Shown: in pieces, positions 1-6,909 of the stretch
How the letters are laid out: the number at the start of each line of letters is the position of its first letter
Numbering within the stretch: the stretch's first letter is position 1
Notes under the pieces: model-generated
Databases searched by the model: none
What the model was told of the DNA's origin: nothing
What the model saw: only the letters and a program-made list of their open reading frames with translations
Made by a program: the position numbers and the translations under genes
Virus record (IMG/VR): IMGVR_UViG_3300017958_000052
DNA from: a virus
Direction: 5' to 3' (one strand)
Length of the DNA stretch: 26,623 bases

Positions 1-888
1 AAGAATCGTTCTAACTTTTCTAAACTTACACAAGAATTAGAAAAAACGGTATCCCCACAACAAACATCATCAAATAGAGATGAAAGATTTTGGAAACCAT
101 CTGTAGATAAAACAGGAAATGGTTATGCGGTTTTTCGTTTCCTCCCAGCGCCTGATGGTGAGGATTTGCCTTGGGCCCGTGTGTTTAATCACGGTTTCAA
201 AGGCCCTGGCGGTTGGCTGATTGATAATTGTTTAACAACTATCAACAAGAAATGCCCCGTCTGCGAGGCCAATACAGAGTTGTGGAACACTGGTTCGACT
301 GCGAACCAGAACATCGTTAGAGATAGAAAACGTAAGTTGAAATATATCTCTAACATTTACGTTGTCAAAGATCCTGCTAATCCAGACAATGAAGGTAAAG
401 TTTTTCTCTATCAGTATGGTAAGAAAATCTTTGACAAATTGCAAGACCTAATGCGTCCAGAGTTTGAGGACGAAGATCCAATCAACCCATTTGATTTTTG
501 GAGTGGTGCAAACTTTAAACTAAAAATCCGTAAAGTTGATGGTTATCAGAATTATGATAAATCAGAATTTGATATCTCCGCCCCTTTGTCAGATAGTGAT
601 GAAGAACTTGAAAATATATATAATATGCAACATTCTCTGGAAGAGTTTGTTTCGCCTGAGGTGTTTAAATCATATGAACAACTCAAAGAACGCTTGGATA
701 AAGTATTAGGTACAGTGCAAGCAACTACTACTGCTGAGGAAGAAATTATCACAGAAAGTGAAACAATTCGAACTCCAGTAGTAGAGTCTAAATCGTATGC
801 GGAGAAACTTTCTAGTTTTGAAACTGATGAAGATGAAGATGATGACGACTCATTATCTTATTTTCAGAAACTTGCGAATGAGGACTAA
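1..888 (+). CDS. 32: T4-like single-stranded DNA-binding protein gp32 (5'-truncated by the window edge)
   Basis: Frame 1 is open from base 1 (KNRSNFSKLTQELEK...DERFWKPSVDKTGNGYAVFRFLPAPDGEDLPWARVFNHGFKGPGGW), so the track start at 166 (TTG) is internal. Zn ligands H...C-x7-C-x2-C (HGF...NCLTTINKKCPVC), YQYGKKIFDK, FDFWSGANFKLKIRKVDGYQNYDKSEF, and an acidic C-terminal tail. Confidence 0.97.
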   Translation, partial: KNRSNFSKLTQELEKTVSPQQTSSNRDERFWKPSVDKTGNGYAVFRFLPAPDGEDLPWARVFNHGFKGPGGWLIDNCLTTINKKCPVCEANTELWNTGSTANQNIVRDRKRKLKYISNIYVVKDPANPDNEGKVFLYQYGKKIFDKLQDLMRPEFEDEDPINPFDFWSGANFKLKIRKVDGYQNYDKSEFDISAPLSDSDEELENIYNMQHSLEEFVSPEVFKSYEQLKERLDKVLGTVQATTTAEEEIITESETIRTPVVESKSYAEKLSSFETDEDEDDDDSLSYFQKLANED

Positions 889-890
889 AG

Positions 891-1029
891 GTAAGTCGGA
901 TAATTCCTTGGTGAAGCAGACCATAAAACGGTAGATAACACCACCTAAAAAGACCGATACACAAAAGAGAAGCTTCGATAACAAATTATTTGAAGTATTT
1001 TAGGAGAAAAAAATAATAAGTTATCTTAC
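891..1029 (+). ncRNA. Candidate structured non-coding RNA (no family recognised)
   Basis: Largest non-coding gap in the window, with no credible ORF. Several nested complementary segments found by eye (see findings). The stems are short and were not computationally folded. Confidence 0.25.
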
Positions 1030-1035
1030 GGTTGG

Positions 1036-1063
1036 AAAGAGGGCGAAATTCGCCCTCTTTTTT
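1036..1063 (+). terminator. Intrinsic terminator, probably bidirectional, between the convergent gene 32 and leftward late block
   Basis: AAAGAGGGCG-AAATT-CGCCCTCTTT perfect 10-bp stem, followed by a T-run on the + strand and preceded by AAA (a shorter T-run on the - strand). It lies at the convergence point of two transcription units. Confidence 0.85.
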
Positions 1064-1068
1064 CTTAT

Positions 1069-1203
1069 TTAAAATTTTTTATAAATCGAATATGCACCAA
1101 CTACTATGGCTACATATGCTGCAAGTGTTGCAACTGGTTTGGCCAAAAGAATAATCAATCCTAAAATAATTAAACTAATGCCATCCAAATTTTTATGAAA
1201 CAT
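1069..1203 (-). CDS. 44-aa hydrophobic membrane protein (not in ORF track)
   Basis: Translated by hand: MFHKNLDGISLIILGLIILLAKPVATLAAYVAIVVGAYSIYKKF*. Two hydrophobic stretches and a basic C-terminus. Starts 8 nt after the upstream stop and ends just before the terminator. Confidence 0.7.
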   Translation of the reverse strand: MFHKNLDGISLIILGLIILLAKPVATLAAYVAIVVGAYSIYKKF

Positions 1204-1211
1204 TGTTGAAA

Positions 1212-1445
1212 TTATTTTTTATTCCAAATATGCCACAAAATTGCAAGAGCAACAAGTCCTACTAGACCTTGGTCACTAAAGTTTCCTAGCAATCCTAAAA
1301 TATTAGATGTCACAGCAACATCTGGCCAGAAAGGGACATTCATACCACTAAACAAAATTTCCAATACGATTCCCAATCCAATAAGACTAACACCCGCCTC
1401 GGCTAAGGCGCCTGCCCATGTCTTTACTTTATTTAAGATCTCCAT
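1212..1445 (-). CDS. 77-aa membrane protein, function unknown (holin-like size and topology)
   Basis: Hydrophobic segments GVSLIGLGIVLEILFSGM and GLVGLVALAILWHIW, basic C-terminus NKK. ATG directly abuts the upstream TAA (TAAATG). Confidence 0.8.
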   Translation of the reverse strand: MEILNKVKTWAGALAEAGVSLIGLGIVLEILFSGMNVPFWPDVAVTSNILGLLGNFSDQGLVGLVALAILWHIWNKK

Positions 1446-3797
1446 TTACCATCCTCCTTTAAGTAGGTTATGAGACTGTAGTAGTGCCATTTCATTATTT
1501 CTAACACTAGGCATTACTATCGCAGTTGACGAACTATTGTTCGTTACTGATGTAGGTGCATTGACAATAGCTGTCTTTGCACCATCCACGGCACTTGGTA
1601 GTGCCGAATTCAATGCGTTTTCTTTCATAGCAGAATTCCTTTGTTGACTTGCTAACAAAGCTGCTTTTTGTCTGTCTGTCAACATTAGTTGTTTTTGTAT
1701 TTCATCTGACTTTATATTTATACTCTGTCTTTCTTGTGAAAGTAAGTTGCCGTCCTTGTCGTAACTTAATCCGTATAAGGCGTCCCATTCAGATTGTTTC
1801 CTTTTTAGTTCTGCAGCCTGGCCTGGCATCATTCTTCCAACTCTTTCTGGTCTGGGTTCGACCTTTTCCGGTAAATTTTCACCAATCATTGGTTCAATTT
1901 TTTTAGTTATGATTTTACCTTCTTCATTTAGTTCTACACTTTCTGGAGCTTTAAAAATATTAGAAGCTTCTCTACCCACTTTGTCTCCAAGAAAATAACC
2001 TGCGGCACCACCTATAAGTGTGCCAAGTAAAGTTCCTACAACTGGTACTACTGAGCCCGCTATAGCTCCAGCTGCAGCTCCAGCCATTGCACCGCCTGTG
2101 CCACCCACTACAGCAGAAACTTCTTCTGTTTTTTCATTTTTTGATAAATCTTCGTCTTTTAATATTTGCGCAACATCATATGCACCAAATCCCACACTCA
2201 ATAATCCCAAACTTCTACCAAACATTCCTTTTGGTATTATATTTTTCACACTATTAAAAGATTTTGCGATAATTGATGGTTTTGGTGGTGGTGGGGCCGC
2301 AGGCAATTTTGTAAATCTTCCTGTTGTTGCATCTCTACCAACCGTTGGAGCTGTTCTAGTAACTACTTCTGGGGTATTGTTTACGCCCCTTAGTTTATCA
2401 AATGTATTTCTTAAAAATCCTTTAGATGCTGCGGGTTTTGGGGCAACTGCATCATCAGCGCCACCAAATAGTTTATTAAGTCCTAAAAATCCACCAGCTG
2501 TCGCAGTAATTTTTGTACCAAGCCTGAAAAGATTGCCAAATCTTCCTCTTGGTTTAATCGGTTTTGCTTTTGACTTTACTTTTGCTTTTCCTTCTGGAGT
2601 TCCACCAAATCCAAATAAGCTCTTAACTTTACCAAAAAGTCCTTTTACTTGTGTCAATGCCATTGAACCAAGAGCAAGTGCCCCGCCAATATCACCGGCG
2701 GTATCTAATAGTGAACCTTCGTTTCCTGCTCCACCGCCCACTCCACCAACCTTTAAAAGTTTTTCTAGTAGTTCATTTGTTCTTTCTGCTTCAGTCAGTT
2801 TTTTTAGTTCGAGTCTTTTTGATTCTCTTTGCGTTTCTATATCACCTGTAGTTTCATCTCCCATGAAACTTAATAGATCTCTTATCTGCGCTAAGTATGG
2901 AGTTCCTTCATGCAAACCATCTTCTATTCTTTCAAACCCATCTCCGCCGCCACTAACTGATGGTGATTTGTTGGGTGTTGATACTGGACTATCATTAGAA
3001 TCGGTTGTTTCCCCACCAACTGAAATTGCGTATTTTTCTCTGAGACTGTCTAGTGCCTCAATCCTATCTTTTTCTAGTTGTTCTCGTTGGGCCCTACTTC
3101 TAGATTCGGTAATTAATGTATTTTTTAGTTCGTCTACATACTCTTGATAATCTTTGCCTGCCGCGATTGCATTTTGGGTTGCCTCTTCTTGAGACATATT
3201 CATTTTTTCTAATGTTTGTTGATTCGTTATGACGCCGCGAAGTGCTTCGTATTCTTGGTCTTGTATTCTTTCCTGCTCTTGTAGTGCGGCAATTCTTTCC
3301 GCCCTTTGTGCCTTTCTCTCCTTTGCGGCCTCACGCATTTCCTTTATTTTATTACCAATGAATGTAACGCCCATGGCGAGAGCTGGAGACTCTGCTAACG
3401 CACCAGAAACTACACCAGTAATATCAATAGAATTTTCTTTCACCTTTGTTTGTACGAAATCTGCCGCTCTTTTTGCTAGAGTTGTATTTTGCGAAACAAT
3501 TTTTTCCTGATTTGAAATTAGAGATAAGATATTTTCTCTATCGCCTTCTGAAATTCTGTTTGATTGGTTTACTTGTTCTTTTAATATACTAAGATCTTTT
3601 CTTGTTTTTTTCAACTCTCCAACAGATAAGTCTTGTGATGCAGAAATCACATCTCCCAACTGTTGCAAAGCTACTGATGCGGAACCTGTATCCAATCTTT
3701 CAGATGTTTGTTTAAGTGTTTCGGAAAGTTTTCTATAATTACCATTAAATTGACTAATATTACTGGCAATCATTTCTAATGAGGCTGGTTGGGCCAT
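1446..3797 (-). CDS. Putative tape measure / tail length determinator (gp29-like)
   Basis: 783 aa. Helical coiled-coil N-half, Gly/Ala-rich hydrophobic zipper (GGAMAGAAAGAIAGSVVPVVGTLLGTLIGGAAGYFLG), Ser/Thr/Asn-rich C-terminus (AIVNAPTSVTNNSSS). Located downstream of the gp26/gp51 chaperone genes. Confidence 0.7.
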   Translation of the reverse strand: MAQPASLEMIASNISQFNGNYRKLSETLKQTSERLDTGSASVALQQLGDVISASQDLSVGELKKTRKDLSILKEQVNQSNRISEGDRENILSLISNQEKIVSQNTTLAKRAADFVQTKVKENSIDITGVVSGALAESPALAMGVTFIGNKIKEMREAAKERKAQRAERIAALQEQERIQDQEYEALRGVITNQQTLEKMNMSQEEATQNAIAAGKDYQEYVDELKNTLITESRSRAQREQLEKDRIEALDSLREKYAISVGGETTDSNDSPVSTPNKSPSVSGGGDGFERIEDGLHEGTPYLAQIRDLLSFMGDETTGDIETQRESKRLELKKLTEAERTNELLEKLLKVGGVGGGAGNEGSLLDTAGDIGGALALGSMALTQVKGLFGKVKSLFGFGGTPEGKAKVKSKAKPIKPRGRFGNLFRLGTKITATAGGFLGLNKLFGGADDAVAPKPAASKGFLRNTFDKLRGVNNTPEVVTRTAPTVGRDATTGRFTKLPAAPPPPKPSIIAKSFNSVKNIIPKGMFGRSLGLLSVGFGAYDVAQILKDEDLSKNEKTEEVSAVVGGTGGAMAGAAAGAIAGSVVPVVGTLLGTLIGGAAGYFLGDKVGREASNIFKAPESVELNEEGKIITKKIEPMIGENLPEKVEPRPERVGRMMPGQAAELKRKQSEWDALYGLSYDKDGNLLSQERQSINIKSDEIQKQLMLTDRQKAALLASQQRNSAMKENALNSALPSAVDGAKTAIVNAPTSVTNNSSSTAIVMPSVRNNEMALLQSHNLLKGGW

Positions 3798-4043
3798 TTA
3801 TTTCTTGCCTCCTGAACCAAGATACAATCCAAACCAAGCAGCCCCTGCGCCTACTACAATACTCACTAAGCCAGATTGTTCTAGATTTGGATTTGATAGT
3901 GTCATAAACCAAGATACTACAGCATAGAGTAGATAGATATATGTTGTGATAAAAATTCTTGGGAATATTCTCCAAGAATCTATTGCTTGTGCTAAATCAA
4001 TCCAAGATTGAAACTTGTTTTCTCTGTTTTCGGTCGTTTCCAT
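3798..4043 (-). CDS. 81-aa two-TM membrane protein, function unknown
   Basis: Hydrophobic segments IFPRIFITTYIYLLYAVVSWFM and GLVSIVVGAGAAWFGLYLG, ending in KK. SD-like AGAGGA precedes the ATG. The stop abuts the tape measure ATG. Confidence 0.8.
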   Translation of the reverse strand: METTENRENKFQSWIDLAQAIDSWRIFPRIFITTYIYLLYAVVSWFMTLSNPNLEQSGLVSIVVGAGAAWFGLYLGSGGKK

Positions 4044-4044
4044 A

Positions 4045-4218
4045 CTATCCTCTTTTGCTTTCCAATTCTTTAATATAGTTAATCAACATTGTTATATATA
4101 TTTCTCGTTCCCAAGGTATCATATTTTCTAACTCTGTTAAACTGTATTTATGATATTGCATAAGAGAAAAATTTGTCTGGTACAGAGATACCAGACTTTC
4201 ATGATATAAGCTTATACG
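4045..4218 (-). CDS. 51: gp51-like baseplate hub assembly chaperone domain (not in ORF track); probably the frameshifted C-terminal extension of gp26
   Basis: The -1 frame relative to gp26 reads RISLYHESLVSLYQTNFSLMQYHKYSLTELENMIPWEREIYITMLINYIKELESKRG*. The motif MQxHKYSLTELENMxPWEREIY is the small 'gp51' of marine T4-like phages. The only upstream-proximal ATG (4161) would give 38 aa and has no SD. Confidence 0.85.
   Translation of the reverse strand, partial: RISLYHESLVSLYQTNFSLMQYHKYSLTELENMIPWEREIYITMLINYIKELESKRG
4175..4196 (-). other. RNA hairpin GTCTGGTA-TCTCTG-TACCAGAC inside the gp51-like frame
   Basis: Perfect 8-bp inverted repeat with a 6-nt loop, starting 21 nt downstream of the slippery site. 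Confidence 0.55.
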
Positions 4219-4955
4219 AAAAAATCCGTAATTCCTCTCAATTTTAATTCATTTCTCCATCCACACTTTCTGCAAACCATTTGTGCGTCATATGCTGTTT
4301 GTGGCATTGTATCAAAAAAATTACTAACCCTTTGAAATTGTTCTTGAGAAAAACTTTCTAGAAAATTATTTAATTCTTCGTTTGTATATTCTTTTGGATC
4401 GTATAGTTCTTCATTCATATAAATTGTTTCAATACAATCACCAATAACTTCTATCATTTCTTCATAATTATTCATTGTTGATATTTTATGCAACATCTTA
4501 AAATCTGGATATTTCATAAAAATTCCAATATTGTCTGTTAATTGAATTTTATTTGTGTGTGTATCCACTTTGTCAATATAAACTTCATCTAAATTGACTA
4601 TAAAATCGATTTGACAAGTTCTTGGTGGCGGATTATTATCTTCATCCAAAACTTCTTTACAATCATCTCTTCTATATTGCAACTCTATATTTTGTCCTAC
4701 AGATTTTGATCTAATTTTTACAAAAATGTATTCAATATCAAACGTAGATAATTTTTCTATTTTCACATCTTTAGTAATAATACAGTTTCTAATAATCTGT
4801 TTGACAGATTCTATTTGCTCTCCTAAATCTCCACCTTCTTGAGCCATCAATAATATTTTTTCTTCCTTTACTAAGAAAGGACGATATCTGATTTTTTTAG
4901 ATGTAGATGGTAAAGTCAATTCATAAGTTGGTTGGTCCAACACTGGTAAAGTCAT
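4212..4955 (-). CDS. 26: Baseplate hub subunit / assembly chaperone gp26
   Basis: MTLPVLDQPTYELTLPSTSKKIRYRPFLVKEEKILLMAQE, FDIEYIFVKIRSKSVG, MKYP, C-terminal CRKC and GITDFF. AGGAG SD upstream. Confidence 0.92.
   Translation of the reverse strand: MTLPVLDQPTYELTLPSTSKKIRYRPFLVKEEKILLMAQEGGDLGEQIESVKQIIRNCIITKDVKIEKLSTFDIEYIFVKIRSKSVGQNIELQYRRDDCKEVLDEDNNPPPRTCQIDFIVNLDEVYIDKVDTHTNKIQLTDNIGIFMKYPDFKMLHKISTMNNYEEMIEVIGDCIETIYMNEELYDPKEYTNEELNNFLESFSQEQFQRVSNFFDTMPQTAYDAQMVCRKCGWRNELKLRGITDFFV
4218..4224 (-). promoter_or_regulatory. Putative -1 ribosomal frameshift slippery heptamer T_TTT_TTC
   Basis: gp26 ends GAT TTT TTC GTA TAA, an X_XXY_YYZ heptamer in frame two codons before the stop. 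The -1 frame continues into the gp51-like sequence. Confidence 0.65.
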
Positions 4956-4980
4956 AATTTTTCTCCTATAATATAATCAA

Positions 4981-5790
4981 TTAAAATGCACGACTTATAA
5001 AATTATTCAAACTATTTTTAGCATTATTTTTTAAATTTCCAGACAACGATCTTGCTGCGCCTCCCAATGTTTGATGAATATCAATGTTTGGTATTTCTGG
5101 AATTCCATTAAAATTAATACCATATGGACCAAACTCGACTGAAAGGTTTTGCAATCCAGACTGAAGTGCGTTCATATATTCTGTTGCTTGATTTAGACTG
5201 GCACTTATTGTACTGTCATATGCATCAAACCCCGTGGCAGCATTACCACCTGACGGGAAGTTGTTATGTTGATCATACCACTTTTTGTATGCAAAAGTTA
5301 CTTGCATTGTGAGTAAATCTTCATTCCCATAAGCATAATTTAGAGGTCCTATCGAAATCGGATAACACTCATCAAATGTGCATTCGTATAAAAATTCTCC
5401 GCCGTGTTCTCCAAACGATTTAAACTTGGTTTGTGTTACATATTCTTGGTAATATCCAGCTCTTGCTTGTACTGGATCGTATGCAAAGTCCATCCAGTGA
5501 CTAAAAAATCTTCTTTCAATCAAATTTGCAGAACAAATAATCTCGCAAGTTAAATCCTCAAAAATTTGTCCATAAGGTCTTTTTGTTAGTGGTCCATAAT
5601 ATTTAACTTCACTTGTTGCGACTTGTTTTCCTGGCAATTCTACAGAATTAATTCTCACTCGAATATCTTGTAAATCGATATCTTGAATTCCTACCATTCC
5701 AACTGGTTTTACAATTTCCAAGGCATATTTGTTACCTTTTGTAACTCCAGTTTTATTGAATGTATTTTTTATTGTGTCTACGCTAAACAT
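4981..5790 (-). CDS. 54: Tail tube-fold baseplate protein, gp54-like tail tube initiator
   Basis: SVELPGKQVATSEVKYYGPLTKRPYG, FFSHWMD, ECYPISIGPLNYAYGNEDLLTMQVTFAYKKW are gp19/gp54-family motifs, followed by a C-terminal extension. Confidence 0.75.
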   Translation of the reverse strand: MFSVDTIKNTFNKTGVTKGNKYALEIVKPVGMVGIQDIDLQDIRVRINSVELPGKQVATSEVKYYGPLTKRPYGQIFEDLTCEIICSANLIERRFFSHWMDFAYDPVQARAGYYQEYVTQTKFKSFGEHGGEFLYECTFDECYPISIGPLNYAYGNEDLLTMQVTFAYKKWYDQHNNFPSGGNAATGFDAYDSTISASLNQATEYMNALQSGLQNLSVEFGPYGINFNGIPEIPNIDIHQTLGGAARSLSGNLKNNAKNSLNNFISRAF

Positions 5791-6372
5791 TTATCTTCCC
5801 ATTTGTGCGGAATCTGACCAAACTTTTGATGCAGATGCCTTTTTGAATTTTTGTACAGGTAAAAATATTCCCAAGTCCCATTCGTTTGCATCAATCATGA
5901 CAAATTTTGATCTAACCTGACTATATAGATACTTTTTTACGCATGGTTTTATCATATTAAACTTTGATAGATTAGTTAATGCTTTCCAAGTTAGTTGCAG
6001 TTTGGTAGAATCATCATATTTATTATTATTTGCAATTTTTGAAAGAGAATCCATTATTATAATTCTGTTTCTCGGCGATACATAGTGTAGATTTATTCCT
6101 AAAAACCCGCCTGGCTCTGGTTTTACCATAAAAATTAGTGGAAATTCATCGTAATATGGTAATTTTTCTCCGTATTTTGGATCATATGCATAACAATACA
6201 TTCTACCAATAGTAGGGCGCGCCCTTCTCCTATCACCATCAGATAACAATGATTGTCTAGACACTCTTGCATCTCTAATTTTGTTTCTAAACCAGTTTCT
6301 AGCTGCGGTTGTGTTGGGGGTCACCCCCGCCCGTAGCATTCTGTTTAGTAATATATCGAAATTTGCCGCCAT
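5791..6372 (-). CDS. 2: DNA end protector protein gp2
   Basis: GRMYCYAYDPKYGEKLPYYDEFPLIF, GFLGINLHY, KPCVKKYLYSQVRSKF, FLPVQKFKKAS. Confidence 0.95.
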   Translation of the reverse strand: MAANFDILLNRMLRAGVTPNTTAARNWFRNKIRDARVSRQSLLSDGDRRRARPTIGRMYCYAYDPKYGEKLPYYDEFPLIFMVKPEPGGFLGINLHYVSPRNRIIIMDSLSKIANNNKYDDSTKLQLTWKALTNLSKFNMIKPCVKKYLYSQVRSKFVMIDANEWDLGIFLPVQKFKKASASKVWSDSAQMGR

Positions 6373-6396
6373 AGTTACTCCAAAAGTCTTTGTTCA

Positions 6397-6404
6397 TATT
6401 TATA
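6397..6404 (-). promoter_or_regulatory. T4-type late promoter TATAAATA upstream of gene 2
   Basis: Exact consensus on the - strand in the gp4-gp2 intergenic gap. Confidence 0.8.
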
Positions 6405-6409
6405 TGACT

Positions 6410-6856
6410 TTATTTAACCAAATGATCCTCTGTTAAAATTTTAAACTCCCATCCTTTTTCTTCACAAAACTTTTTTGCAGCTTTCCATTTTGCGTCATTG
6501 ACTCCCCATACTCGAACTTCTTCTAAATACTTAAAGGTTTTATTTTTTCTTTTTTTGGGCGGTGCTGTTTCTCTTTTTGGCTTGACTTCTATGACTATCG
6601 TTTTTATTTCGTTATCTTTGTCTAGTAATCTTACCACAAAATCAGGATAGTAACGATGTTTTTTATTGTCTACTGGAGAAAGGTATGGAATAACCAATTC
6701 TTCACTTGCCCATGCAAGTACAGATGGATTGTTGTCGCAATATTTCATGAATCTACGCTCCCACATAGACCGATATATGATATTTTTAGAATTACCTTTG
6801 TATTTTTCTGGATTTTGGGGCGTATATTTTCCTTTATAGGTAAATCTCTTGTGCAT
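6410..6856 (-). CDS. 4: Head completion nuclease gp4 (TnsA-like PD-(D/E)xK fold)
   Basis: YKGKYTPQNPEKYKG, IIYRSMWERRFMKYCD, WASEELVIPY.SPVD.K.HRYYPDF, IEVKP, NDAKWKAA. Confidence 0.95.
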   Translation of the reverse strand: MHKRFTYKGKYTPQNPEKYKGNSKNIIYRSMWERRFMKYCDNNPSVLAWASEELVIPYLSPVDNKKHRYYPDFVVRLLDKDNEIKTIVIEVKPKRETAPPKKRKNKTFKYLEEVRVWGVNDAKWKAAKKFCEEKGWEFKILTEDHLVK

Positions 6857-6872
6857 TACATAAAAAAACCTT

Positions 6873-6880
6873 TATAAATA
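6873..6880 (+). promoter_or_regulatory. T4-type late promoter TATAAATA for the rightward baseplate operon
   Basis: Exact consensus in the divergent intergenic gap, 30 nt upstream of the gp48 GTG. Confidence 0.8.
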
Positions 6881-6891
6881 GTGGTAAAGAA

Positions 6892-6898
6892 TATTTAG
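6892..6898 (-). promoter_or_regulatory. Possible variant late promoter CTAAATA for gene 4
   Basis: TAAATA core on the - strand in the divergent gap, overlapping the gp48 SD. Not the full consensus. Confidence 0.45.
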
Positions 6899-6909
6899 GA
6901 GATAATAAA

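Noticed and set aside
166-888. ORF-track start of gp32 at TTG 166
   Set aside because: The frame is open from base 1 with conserved gp32 N-terminal motifs, so the true start lies upstream of the window.
889-1068. tRNA, CRISPR array, or known riboswitch/ribozyme in the intergenic gap
   Set aside because: No cloverleaf or T-loop (GTTCRA) motif, no repeat-spacer periodicity, and no hammerhead, twister, SRP or tmRNA core that I could match; kept only as an unclassified candidate RNA.
2020-3147. 375-aa ORF antisense to the tape-measure-like gene (also 1649-1906, 2651-2851, 3229-3510)
   Set aside because: Ser/Pro/Phe-rich mirror of the Gly/Lys/Glu codons on the coding strand, with no recognisable motif, SD or promoter; a shadow ORF.
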